Source: Adineta vaga (lineage: Eukaryota > Animalia > Rotifera). From it: 64,000 nt of DNA. Both the position numbers and the translations under genes were made by a program. The stretch covers positions 10,602,001 to 10,666,000 of the forward strand of contig CP075493.1 of NCBI GenBank assembly GCA_021613535.1, given 5' to 3'. Below the pieces are notes generated by a model. The model saw nothing but the letters and a program-made list of their open reading frames with translations. It had not been told where the DNA came from and ran no database searches. Below, one piece after another: positions 50,071 through 63,544 of this stretch. Position 1 is the first letter of the stretch. Each line of letters begins with the position of its first letter.

Positions 50071-50918
50071 ATGTCCTCTGTTGCTCAAACTGCCACTGCT
50101 ACCACAGGTTCAGCTGTTGCTCATACAGCTGTTGCTGAAAATGTTGCTGTTAAATCAGTTGTCAGTACCGAAACACAATCACAAGTCAGTTTAGAAAATA
50201 CACAAAAAATGGCTGCTTTGATGAGCAAACTCGGTAAGACGCTCTTCTGTATATATCTGCCTCGTTCTTATCAACTTGTTTTAAGGTACAACTCATCAAC
50301 AAATCGATGAATATTCACGTCGTCGCACTGAACAAATTACTGAAGAAGTTGCAGCAGCTATCAATCGAATTGTCGCTGACACTCAAATTCAACAACAAAC
50401 TCTCTTAGCTGATGCCAATGTTCGTTCAGCTGCTATTGAAGAAGAATATAAACACAAATTACAACGATATGTTGAAGAACTCGATACAGTCAAAGCACAA
50501 AATTTATCAACACTTGAAAAAGATTTAAACTTACGTCAAGAAATGATTCTTGAAGAAGCACGTAAACGTATTGATGACTTGAATGAAGAAGCTAACCGAT
50601 TGAAAATGGGTGTTTTACGTGACGCACAAGCTCAAGCTAATGCTAAAGTCGAAGCTATTACTGAACAAGTTGCTGCGTAAGTTTATTATAAACTAAAATA
50701 TATTTGTAGAAGAAGAAACGGTAATATCTTATTTTTTCAGTTTGGGTGCTGAAGATGCCAGTCGTCTTTTAACATCAACAGCTACAACAGTTATTACAAC
50801 TGAAGCTAAAGCTACTGGTTCAACTCATGTTGAAGGTGCAGCTGTTGTTGTTGGTACAACTTCTAAAAAAGTTGAAACATCATCACACTCATCTAGCTCA
50901 ACTGCTACAACAAACTAA
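50071..50918 (+). CDS. Hydrophilic protein with A/T/S/V-rich disordered termini and a long amphipathic helix (CAHS/LEA-like architecture)
   Basis: Exons 50071-50233, 50286-50676 and 50741-50918 join in frame; no Cys, Trp, Phe or Pro seen in the translation; strong GCT/CGT/GAA codon bias similar to RPS15. Confidence 0.8.
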
Positions 50919-51560
50919 ATCGCCTTTACAGACATATCACATTTTTTTTCTCTATTCAATCAAGCGTCTTGTTTGCATTTAGAAGTTTTTTTTGTTCATG
51001 TTCTTGTTGTTACTTGTTATCAATGAGATAAAATGTGTTTCATAATAAAATAAATATCTTAGATATATACATATTTGTCTTGCTTATTGTACTACAGAAC
51101 TTGTTAAGAGTATATCTTTATTCATACACATGTTATCTTCACGTGAAATACATCATAGATAATAATGTGAATCACGTGTACCAGTCAAATAGCTTATTTC
51201 TTTCATTCTACTAAAATATCTTATGAATTACGCACATTTTAGTAGAGTATGTATTCATAAGAACAAAGTGTTCATAAAAGAATTTCTAGTACTAATATAA
51301 AAAGAATTGTCTGAAAAAAAAGATTTTAAAGACAAAAAATGATCATATAATGTCCCGAGTATTTTTGTTTTTATTTGTCAAAAGAACACAAAAAAAAAAC
51401 TTTGTCATTGATAATTTTGATTTCTCACTGTTGCGACATTATATTATAGGAGTATTATACGCACAGTCAACGCAGCATCGATTTCTTGAAGTCTTTTTTT
51501 TCCTGTCGACATAATAGAATAGTCACTAGAAAAAAAACCTCCTTTATGTATTTTAGATAA

Positions 51561-54500
51561 ATGGAAGATATTATTCGAATCTTAACACATGATAATGATA
51601 AATTTAAAGATCAATGGGATGAAATCGAAAATAGATTAACACAAGAATGTGATAGCAATAATATTATATCGATTCTCGATGCTCTTGTAGAATATGTTCT
51701 ACAGGAGCCGGAAACACAATGTCCATGCAAACAGAAATTTGATTTTCTTACAGTTGTTTTTAATGCATTAAACTATGAGGATTCAGTTCTTGAACAAGTT
51801 TTTCAAATATTCTTTCGAGTGTTTAATCAAAGCTGTATTAATCTATGGTATTTAACTTTTCTTAAAGCACTTTATCGACATTTTCAATTGAACAAATACC
51901 TTCCACAGAGACCGCCACTTGTTGAACAATTATTCAACAGTTTACAAAATCAAACTGGTCTACTTTCGTGTACAAAGAAATCGATATTAGAATCATGGGA
52001 ACGATTCTTTTGTAACGATATTTTCGATAATTATCTATTAAATGAGCAGATTCTTGAAATATCGAGGGATAAATTTCAGCAGCTATACAGGTAAGAAAAT
52101 AAAAGTAAACGAAGATTAATTTCTGTTCATAGATTTGGTATTCGTAAATCTTCTTCATCATCATTCTGGTCTACAATAGCAGCACATTTAATCCGAAATA
52201 TTTCGGGATTATTCGATTCATACGTCAAGTTAACTGATGCTCAGTACGATTTGGAATTATATTGTATCACGCAAACGTCTGATTACAAAAAATTAATTTT
52301 GAAATCATTTTCCAATCATGTTAATATATTCACAGCAAATTATAATCAAATCCTTCTTACAACGGAATGTTTATTAACTAAAAATACCAATCGAGATGGC
52401 GAATTCTTACTTAACGATGTTATTCTCAAGCATTCTTCGGCTATTCCTGATCTTGAACCTTTAGTTCAATTATTGATTCGAATCTCTCGTCAAATACCAT
52501 CTGAACAAAAGGAAGAATTTACAACTAGAATTCTTGATAATTTTACATTTAAATCAGAAAAAATGAAAATAAGTAAAAAACTGTGGCCATTACTCTTTGA
52601 TCTCGCTGTTGTCATACTCGAATTGCATACTTTCAGGGCACCATCTAGTGCCGAACAATTGTTAAATAGAGAGAATTTTTATCCATGGCAAGAACTCGGA
52701 GAACGTTTAAGTGGTATTGTGCACCTATGTGGAAGTTATGATGATTACATTTTGGATGACAAATCATTTTTTACTAAATTGGATAGTCTTGAAGATATTC
52801 TTGAAATCATTTATAAGCGAACTAAAGTATATAACAATCTCTTTCGTAATACACATTCGGAAGCTTTAATCTATACGCTTCGATGGGCATCATCATTGCA
52901 ACAATATCCAATTCATGTTTACAAAATGGGAAAATATATGATTGATCTTATTGATCGAAAACAAATTACATCGGATACAGTCTTTCAACTACTGGAAAAA
53001 CTTCAAAATCGAATTCTAATTGAAGAAGAATTTGATGAAAGTCGAGACACAGAACCAGGATTTTTCGTTGTGAGTTATTTTCTTTTATATTTCTCTTTTT
53101 TCTCTAAATCTCTCTACATAGCATTTAGCTACACGCGTTGGTATTTATATAGAAATTCTTAAAACTCTTCCAATTTCGATTCATCGTTTACTAAATTCTA
53201 TTTTTCTTGCTATTCTTAATCAACCATTACAAGATGAAAAGGGATCCGCAACTACAAGACAAAAAATCTTTCATTATCTGTGGACAAATTTCCTATCAAC
53301 ATTAATTACTGAAGAGGAAACTCAATGTTATGAAGAATCCATTGGTAGATTGTATATGGTAGCAAGAAATGAAATGCAAAATGATGAAAATATTTTTCGA
53401 TATTGGTCTAGTTTTTGGGATAAAATTGGCATTCGTTTACCTCAGATTGCAGTCAATCAAATTGCAACGATACTAAGCGAATTTCTTGATCGAGAGGAAA
53501 TGAATTTTGTTCATCTATTACAGGTTAGAATTTCTTATTTTTGTATAATAGTTTAAAAGTAAAGTACTACAAATTTATTTTATCTATTTAGAATCTCTAT
53601 CCACAACGACCTGAACCATTTCATGCACGTCTTAATGATATTATTCAACATTGTTTTCAAAACAAGAATAAAAATAATCAATATCGTGGTTTTTATATCA
53701 TTTTACTTCAAGCTATTAGTAGACATCATCCAGAAATCTTTAGTTCAACACATATCGAACTTATTTTCTCTTCATTTTCGACTACAGCATCGAATCTAAC
53801 TGATACAGAAGTTCACGGTATATTTCGATTTCTAACTCCAATTGCTAGTGTACAACCGAATCTCTATGATAAAAATCAAAATGATCTCATACGTATGGCA
53901 ACAGAAACACAGAATAATTCAGTTATCTATTGTCTTCAACAATATTTTATTTCGTCGACTATTGTCAATGGAGAGACCGTAGCCAGTGATTATCTAACAA
54001 AATTAATCGATTTATTACAGCGAAAAGAAGGATGTACAGTAGATAATCGTACTTTGTTGATACATGCTTGTAAATTAATTGGTATTCATCATAGACAAGT
54101 ATTAGAGGCTAGAAAAACTGATTTCGTAAAACTAAATTGTTCCGAGTTAATACAACTTATTGATAACAATAAAATGACTGAAGAAAATAGACAAGTATTA
54201 GAACAATCACGTCAAGAAATTGAAGCTATAGAAACTAAAGTTCAAAAAACTACTAATGATATTCAACAAATAAATTCAAAAGTTAAACATCAAGAACTTC
54301 ATGTGAGTATATCACTCATAAGTTTATTATTGTTCAAAACTTTTCAATGATTAGATTACAAATATGCAAGTTCATGTGAATACTATCAATGAAAATCTTC
54401 AGAATCTTACTGAATGTGTAGACATCCATCAAAAAGAAATTGAACGTATCGATGGTAAAACACTCAGTTACGTTCCTGCTTGGGCTAGTGAAATTTGTAA

Positions 54501-56019
54501 GTTACTCAATCGTCGTACACCCAATGATTGGCGTCTACTTGGACGACGATTTGGTTATTCTGCAAGTGAATTGAAACATTGGGCTACACAATTTGATCCT
54601 TGTATGGCATTACTCAATGAATGGTACATGACACATAAATCCGATGAAGCTACTTTTGGTTTATTGAAAATATTGAAAGAAATTGGTCGACAGGATGCTG
54701 AAGTCATTGTTCAAAACGCTCTTCAAGATGCTGGAGAAACAATACCTGATAATATTCTTGATTTTGACATTCAACGACTACCACCAGTATTTATTTCCTA
54801 TCAATGGAATTCACAACCAATGGTTATAAAACTAAAAGAACATTTGGAAGAAGCTGGTTATTCATGTTGGATGGATGTTGGTCAAATGAGTGGTGGACAA
54901 GAACTACAAAGAAGAATTGATAAAGGTATTCGAGGTGCTAAAGTGATTCTCTGTTGTATAAATAGAGATTATGCAACATCAGATGCATGTATTCGTGAAG
55001 TTAACTTAGCTATAAGTACAGGAAAACCATTAATACCATTACAGATGGAAAAACAAATATGGCCACCAGAAGGAGCTCTTGGTCCGTTGATGAGTGACTA
55101 TCTATTTATTCGATTTTTCGATCGAAAAGCAACGAATGATCCAAATTTTTGGCCAGATGAAAGATTTACAGAATTACTCGGACAAATTCGATACTATGCC
55201 GCACCAAATCCTGATATGATTAGAGAACCATATACAAATTGGTTTGTACCTCGTGCAGAAAATTTGATCTTTCTCAAAGACTCTGATGTCAATGATAAGA
55301 AAATGACAAAATTCGAAGATTCCACAAGTAAGTTTATATATGACTTTGAAAGATTTATGATCCATTATTGTCTCTCTATTGTCATGACTGTATTTTTAGA
55401 ACCTTCACTTATTAATACACCACTTGTTGTATCACATCCGCAAATTATGATATCATATCAATGGGATCGTCAAACAGATATCATTGATTTATATAAACGA
55501 TTAACTGAACTTGGTTATCGTGTTTGGTTAGATATATTTCAAATGGGTGGTGGTGATTCTTTGTTTGCTAAAATTGATCATGGTATACGTAATGCAGAGT
55601 GTGTACTTGCTTGTATTACACCAAAATATACAATGTCAATTAATTGTCGACGAGAAATGTCTTTAGCAGATGCAATAGGTAAACCGATTGTGCCTCTATT
55701 TATGGAACAATTACCTGACAGTTGGCCTCCAACAGGACCCATGTCACTTGTATTTGCTGGTAAACATTATATTGATTTTCGTTCACATCAAAGAAATGAT
55801 ATGTGGTCTGGTAAAGAATATGCTCAAGTCTTACTGAAATTAAAAGAATTGGTGCCTGAAATTCAAATTGAAAATCCACAACGACATTTAATTGAGATGG
55901 AAAGACCAACATCGGCTGTGCATCTTGATAAACTAGTTAGAGTTAATCCAACAAGGACTAGAAAACGAAGAGGAAGTGCTCCAGTTATCCCACAAAGTCA
56001 AGCATGTTCATTGATGTGA
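51561..56019 (+). CDS. About 1390 aa helical-repeat / coiled-coil / Death / TIR / TIR protein with C-terminal CaaX
   Basis: Six exons (51561-52090, 52133-53069, 53122-53523, 53592-54302, 54355-55327, 55400-56019) total 4173 nt. Death domain NDWRLLGRRFGY...LLNEW...IGRQDA; two TIR_2 domains VFISYQW..CWMD and IMISYQW..VWLD; ends CSLM*. Confidence 0.88.
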
Positions 56020-56084
56020 ATGAACACCATAATTCACATGAAACATTTTTAGTGATACAACAACATTGAGAGTTCCTTTGACTA

Positions 56085-56300
56085 TGCATATATGAAAAAT
56101 ATCATGAGATACAGAGTTTTATATATTTTATTGTCTATTGGAAGTAACATCATGGTCCAATAAATATTACACCGATTGACAGATTTTTTCTATCGAAAAA
56201 CAAATCTATGTTTTCGATAGATCTAAAGTGAATTTTGTCATTTTCAATGCATTTGTTACTAAATCTTGATCCTTTCAAACAATTTTTGTGGGCTTGTTCC
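56085..56300 (-). pseudogene. Decayed partial duplicate of the GH31 gene 3' end and 3' UTR
   Basis: gttttcgatagatctaaagt-aattttgtcattttcaa occurs at both about 56210 and about 57134; atgagatacaga at 56104 and 56998; the copy has deletions. Confidence 0.8.
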
Positions 56301-57111
56301 TATGGTAAATAAAAATGCTTATTTGCCAGATGATAAGTAATTTGTTGAAAGAGATTATTTGAACTCATTATTTCTTATAAAAAAAATCTTTCAAAATCAA
56401 TAAACCATCTCACAAGTTGATATGTCCATTCTTTTAAATAAACTTATTTTACAAAACAAGAAAAATATTTTGTTTTTCCAATTTTTCCTTCAAAGAAATC
56501 AAACTATTTTTATATTGTTTCATTATTTGAATAATTCGTTTCAAGATGGTATGTTCTACCCTTGACTCTGACTGATTTACGCCGTTTTGAACATAATTTC
56601 TTCAAAATCATTTCGCAAAGTTTCCTTCGATTGCAACTGTTGCATGTAGAGTATGCTAAACTATTTGTCTTCGATAAATATTGTCATCTACCTTACTTAC
56701 GGAATCTTATGGCTAAGTATTGATTACAAACAATTTCACCAATGAATTATCACGTCTTACCTGTAGCAAACTGACCAATCTTTATGTAGAGGAACTAATT
56801 GTCCCTCCAAAACATTTTCATGACTATTTTTATTCGTTGTCAATATTAGTTATAATACATATTTTCTATTAGAATATATCGTCCAAAAGAATTACTTGTT
56901 TTTGGTCTTACTTATGGGTGCCAGTGGCAAATTTCTAAATGACGATACATCATATTTTGGATTGAAACTGTTTTTGAATATGTACATGAGAAATATTATG
57001 AGATACAGAAATTCAAATTTTATTGTTTACGAAAAAGCAGCACCGTCGTCGCATAAATATTACACCAATTACCAGATTTTCAAAAAAACAAAGCAAAGAG
57101 AAAAAGAAGTT

Positions 57112-60100
57112 TTATAGAAAATTAAATCGATGTGTTTTCGATAGATCTAAAGTCAATTTTGTCATTTTCAACACATTCGTGTCTGCATCAAATGTCCATT
57201 TGTTTGTTGCCAAATCTTGACCATTCCAAACAATTTTACTGGGCTTTGTAGTCAAACCAAAGATTGTGACTTCATCTAATTTATTTGTCATGTCAGGATA
57301 TTTAAATGTCCATGGTTCAATGGTTAAACGTTGTGCATCATAATTGAAAATAAAATAATTATAATGTGATGTTTCATATGTATTAATGGATTCACCATCA
57401 TCCCAATAGAGATCACCTTGTGCTCGTTGTTGTTGATCAAGTGCAACATATAAATAAAATGAATTTCGTCGTGCTAAAACTGTATTCATAGCTGACGGTT
57501 GATGTGGTATAATTGAACCACCACGTAAATATAATGGAATAAAATCACGTGGAGCTGACACAGTTACTGTTCCTAATGTTGTTATTTCTTTTCCAGTATA
57601 ATAATCAAACCAACGTTCAGTCGATGGAAAATACACTTCTTTTGTTGTATGTCCTTCATATATGACTGGAGCAATTAAAAGATGTGAACTCCAAAGAAAC
57701 TGTTCATCTAATCCCCAACATGCAGAATCAAGTGGAAATTCATGTGCCATGGAACGAACAACTGTTCCACCGGATATATGAACACGATGAAAGAGTGTAT
57801 ATAAATATGGAATTAATGTATAACGTAATTCAACAGCATGGCGATTTGAAGTAACGATGTCGGGTCGAAAGATACCAGGATCTTGGTCGAGATGTTTAAT
57901 ACCATTGTGATTACGGAAGAATGGATTGAATGCACCTAATTGCATCCAACGTTGACACATTTCTTCGGTTGTATTACCTTCAAAACCGCAAATATCAGCG
58001 CCAACATATGGTATACCAAATAAATTAAACTCAAGCATTCCAATAATGTTATATTTGATATGTGACCATGCTGCTGTATTATCACCTAACCAATGACCAG
58101 CATAAGAGCCTGATGTTGGAAATGTTGAACGACTGATAACGATTGAACGTTTATTTTCAGTGGCACGAGCTGCTGGTAATGTTGCAAGAGTTTCTGACCA
58201 ACCATATAAATTATGTACATCATAATGTTTATAAATTTTTCCACGGCCATCAGTTTGTTCACCAATCATACAAAGAGTTTTATCAGATAGAAGATCACCA
58301 TGTATTACAGTTTTATATCGTGGTGACTCTAATGGTTCATCAAGTGGACAATGAAGATTCCATGGTTCAGGACGTGGCCAATTCCATGGCTGAAGTTTAT
58401 TAGTATCGAAATTAGCTGGTTCACTAAGAAGAAAGAAAGATACATGAATTGATGAGAAAGTCTTGTTCGTTTATTTACTTCATATCAATCCATAGACCAT
58501 CAAATTTCAATAGTTTATAATAATCTAAGACTTGCTTCTTCCACCAAGCGATAGCAGCTGGATCAAAATAATCGGGAAAGACTGTCTTACCTACAATCGA
58601 AATAAATCATAATTATGAATTTTATCTTTATAAAAATATATGGTTTATATTTACCAACAGGCCAAACATAACCAAGCATATTTCTATTTCCAGTTTCATT
58701 AAATTGTATATTTCTATTTTCTGGCCATTTAATCCAAATATTATCTCTTTGTCCTTCAGTAAAAACTGCATAATTTGGTTCTTCAGAATCAATTGCTGGA
58801 TCAAGAATTGTAATAAATCTCATGCCTTGTGTATGTAACCAATCGACATATTCAGGTAAACCTTTGAAACGAATTGGATCCCAAGTAAAATCAAGTTGAT
58901 TTTGAAAATAATCAATATCACCATACATCACATCTAATGGAATTTGTCCATCAAGAGTTCGTTGCATAGCTGCTTTCATATTATCAAGTGTATCATAACC
59001 ATATCGACAAAGTTGAAAACCAAGAGCCCAATATGGTGGCATATATGGATTTCCAATAACAGTTTGATATTGTCGAATAACATCTTCTGGACGTGGACCA
59101 GCAAAGAACACAATATCTAATATACCACCAAGTGTTCGATATGTTAACATCGATTGATTATCTTCAAATTCATCTAATTTATAATCTTGAGCATTAGAAT
59201 TAAATATTAAAACACCAAATGCTTGACCATCTTCTTCAATCGAAATATAAAATGGATGTGTACCATATAAATTTTCATTGGATCCTGCGGGTGGTTGATC
59301 ACGAGCAAATATTCCATATCGTTGAGAATTTTTTAGTACATGTCGAAATGATGGATGAGTATTTTCACCGAAACCATAAACATTTCTCGATGGAATGGTT
59401 GTGATTAATTGTATAAATTGATTATCGTAGATAAAACCTTCAGCAAAAAATGATGTATCAAAAATAATCGATTGTGTATCGGTACGTTTAACACGAAAAC
59501 CAGCTTGACCATTAGTTGTTTTGGTCATTTCAAATTTAAGTTTAGCTCGAACAGACGTAGGTGGTGTGCTGCTTTCCATTGAATAGGTACAGGAACTTCA
59601 TAACGTTGTTTGTCCGTATCACGAATTGTTAAACGTATCATATCAGTACCTGATACACTAACTTGTACATTTAGATGATCAATATCATTGCCATAGATTG
59701 AAAATTCAGTGGCTCGAGTTGTAACAAGTTCTTTCAAATTTGATGTCACTGATGAATGTTGAGAATCATCAGATTGAGACCAACAGACTTAGCGCGATTG
59801 TGAAGTGGTTTGGTTGATAAACGTGATAATGAATAACGTGTTACAGCATCTGATAATTGTTGTGCAGATTCTGTTTGACCATAACCACCTTTTTCTTTGG
59901 GAACGAAGCAAGCTGGATAACCGGGTTGATCTGCTATTTTCCATGTACATCCACGAGATGTGCAAGCATTGCTTGAAGCACCTGTAGAAAGAATAATCAA
60001 GATCGTTCGTTTGACAAAAAATGACAATTACCTGAATCTGGATAACAATCGACTCTATATTTAGCATCGGTTATAACAGCTTGTGGTGGTTCAACGACTG

Positions 60101-63100
60101 TTGTTCCTGCTGTTGTCCATGTTACTGTAGAACTTTTACTCATTGATAAACCTAAACCAGTGACTTCGACGATTTGTGTATGTGGTTTCATCTTGGGATA
60201 CACTTTTTTGCCATCAACAGTAAATTCAGTTGGAATATCTTCTAATCCATAAATAGAGAGACTATCTAAAATTAAACTTGACATTTGTGCATAATTATTG
60301 TCAACTACAGTGATTGTTAAACGACTATCGGTTGATGACCATTGATATGTTGCATAATAATAAGCTTTGGATCCAATTGTATCAATCGATTCTCCATCAT
60401 CAGAAAATAGATCACCTTCAGCATTACCATTTGCATTTAAAACAATTGTAAGACCATACGGTTTAACTCTATCAATAACATGATATAAGTCAAATGAAAA
60501 GTATCGAAACATCTTAACTTACCGTGCAAGTTTTGTATTATTAGCGAATTCTTGCGTTGGAATAATTGCACCACCACGTAATAGAATAGGAATCGTATCA
60601 AGAGGAGCCGCTAATGTAATAAATTGTTTTTGATATGGAATTTTTGCACCAGAATAATAATTGTACCAATGTGATGAAGGAATATATACTTGAACTTGTC
60701 GTTTACCATCGTCTGTAACTGGTGCTAACATGATGTTAGATCCGATAAGAAATTGAAGAAAAAGATCAAGAGTAGCTTTATCAGTAGGGTATTCATGAAA
60801 CAATGGTCGTATAACAGTTGAACCTTGTGTATGTGCTTTGTAGAATAGAGTGTAATAATATGGAAGAAGTGTGTAACGAATATGAAGTGCATTCACCATG
60901 GTGGCAACAGCTGATGCTGACCATGCAGCTGGATCTTGATCTGGTGTTTTCCAAATATTATGCTAAATATGAATAGATTATTTACTCTTGTTCATATGAA
61001 TTAAAACAAACTCTTACATTTCGTGAAAATGGATAAAATGCTCCGACTTGCATCCAACTAAACGAAAAGAAATCGAGATGCATTTATCGATAAAGAAATG
61101 ACTATTGAATTCATACCGAATACACATTTCTTCTGTTGGTGTTTTATCAAATCCACAAATATCAGCTCCATTAAATGGTATACCAAACCAATTGAATTCG
61201 ACCATGCCAATTAAAGATCTTTTCATTTCATGCCATGTTGCTTCATTATCACCAAGCCAATGGCCAGACCATTGACCCGAACCAACATAGGTCGAACGTG
61301 GTAAAACTAAACTTCGTTTACCAGTAGCTTCTCGCATAGCATCCAAGGATGGTTTTGTTTGACTCCAACCGTAGAGACTAACAGATGAATTGGTATGGTT
61401 AAGAAAGAGTATTAGAAATTTGACTTACTTATGAACATCATAATGACGATACTTTGGTTTATTAGTTTCGGCATCGATTTCACCTTGTGGAGCAGACATA
61501 CATAATGTTCGATCGGATAGACGACTTGCTCGACCAGATTTTTGATCCCAACGATATGCAGCTTTCGTACGATATGGTGGATCTTCCCAATCATTCTGAG
61601 GACATTTCAATGTATAGTTACTGCCTGTATCCATCCAATTCCAAGGTGCTGCATCATTAGTATCAAATAAAGCTATTTCAAACAATCAAAAATATAGAAT
61701 ATATCATCACATTTTCTTTTTTTTTTAAAGTATATATCATTACCTGGTTCATTCATATCAATCCAAAGTCCATCAAAAGAAACATTGACACGATGAAAAT
61801 CTTTGATCCATTTTGACCACCAAGTTTGTGCTCGTTGTGTAAAGAAATCTATCAGACAACAAATAAATATCTATTTACAAAAAAATCAACTCTTTACCTG
61901 GAAAAAAGACTTCACCAGGCCAACATGCACCTTTCATCAATGTTTGCCCATCTTCCCATTTAATAAATACATCTTGTTGAATACCTTCAATTGTTGGTGC
62001 ATAATGTGTTTGATCATCAATAGTACCAGGATCCAAAATAACAATAGTTCGCACACCTTCACTATTCAATTGAGCGAAATATTCTTTTAAACCGACAAAA
62101 TTTTTTGGATCAATAGTAAAATCTTTTTCAGCATCCATATAATCAATATCAGCGTATTGAACATCAAGTGGAATACCAGCATCACGATTTCGTTTAACAA
62201 TATTTTGCATATGAGTTAAATTTGAATAATCCCAACGTGAAAGTTGAAAACCAAGTGACCAATAAGGTGGTAAAATGGTACGACCAATAAGCCATGTATA
62301 CTGTTGAACAACTTGTTCAGGTGTTGGTCCAAGAAAAACAAAGAAATCAAGTACACCACCAATTGTTCGCATGGTTAACGATGGTGTTGTTTCAAATGAA
62401 TAATCCATAGCATTTGAATTAAGTAAAAGAACACCATGCATACGACCAGATGGAACTTCATTGGAATTTGCGACTTGTTCCATAACAAGATAGAATGGAT
62501 GTGAACCATAATGATTAGCATTTGTATCCCAATTTGTTCCTGTAATAAGTGTGTATAAAGATTTACAGATCAATGTATCTTAACAAACCTTGATCACGTG
62601 CAAATATTCCCCATGTTTTTCTTTCTTGAACATTATGTTTAAGTGTATCATGATTATTTTCTCCAAAACCATAGACATGTGGTGATTGAAGACGTGTAAC
62701 TATTTGAAGAAATTGATTATTCAAAACAAGACCACCAAGTGATGTATCAAATAAAACAGCCTTATCATCTCGACGTAGAATCTTAAATGAAAGAGTATTA
62801 TCACGTGAACTATCTGATGAATAACTAAATTCGTATTGTGGCGATGATACTTGAGCAGAGGCAGGTTTTAATGGTAAAGGTACCTAAAAAATTGTTTCGA
62901 AAATATTTTCATTCAATTATCTTGACAAATTCTCATACTTCATATCGTTTATTATCGGCATCGTATAATTTAAATCGAATAATATCATTGGTATAATATT
63001 GCACATCAAGTAAAACATTTTCAATCGGTTGTTTAAACATACTACCAATAGCTGAATTACGTTTTAATCGTAATCTCAAACCATTTGTTATTTGCTCTTG

Positions 63101-63544
63101 AGAACCTTGCATTACATAACCATAATTGGGTGAAAGATAGCATTGTGGAACACCTTGCGGAGAATTATCATCATATAAACAATTACGAGCTAGACATGAT
63201 TGTTTAGAATAACTTGCATATTGTGAACCAGCATCAGGAAAACAATCAATTCGTTCATTTGCTCGTGTAATTTGTCTTCGTTTAGTTGCTGATGTTCGTG
63301 CAGATGTATCTGATATAATTACCACAAGTATTAGAAGACCGATGAATATACATGCCGATCGAACCATTCTTGTCGAACGACACCAACGCAATAGCTGTAC
63401 GACAAGAAAAAAGAATCAATGTAAAAATTAAATCGAGAAAAGATAGAAAATTCAAAAAATATTTATATAAAACAAATCATGAGAAGCAAACCAGATGACG
63501 CTCACCCTCCTCCGGGATTTTGGAATAAGACGTCGTAAATACAT
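57112..63544 (-). CDS. Sucrase-isomaltase/maltase-glucoamylase-like tandem (trefoil + GH31) x2 glucosidase with N-terminal membrane anchor; two apparent frameshifts
   Basis: First exon 63506-63544 MYLRRLIPKSRRR spliced to LLRWCR...IFIGLLILVVII; two trefoil domains (RIDCFPD, RVDCYPD); two GLWIDMNEP nucleophile motifs (about 61745-61775 and 58420-58500) and two HWLGDN motifs. Confidence 0.92.

Noticed and set aside
55328-55399. Hydrophobic stretch FMIHYCLSIVMTVFL between the two TIR domains, resembling a TM segment
   Set aside because: It lies within a 72-nt in-frame GT-AG intron (gtaagt...ttttag), so it is probably not in the mature protein.
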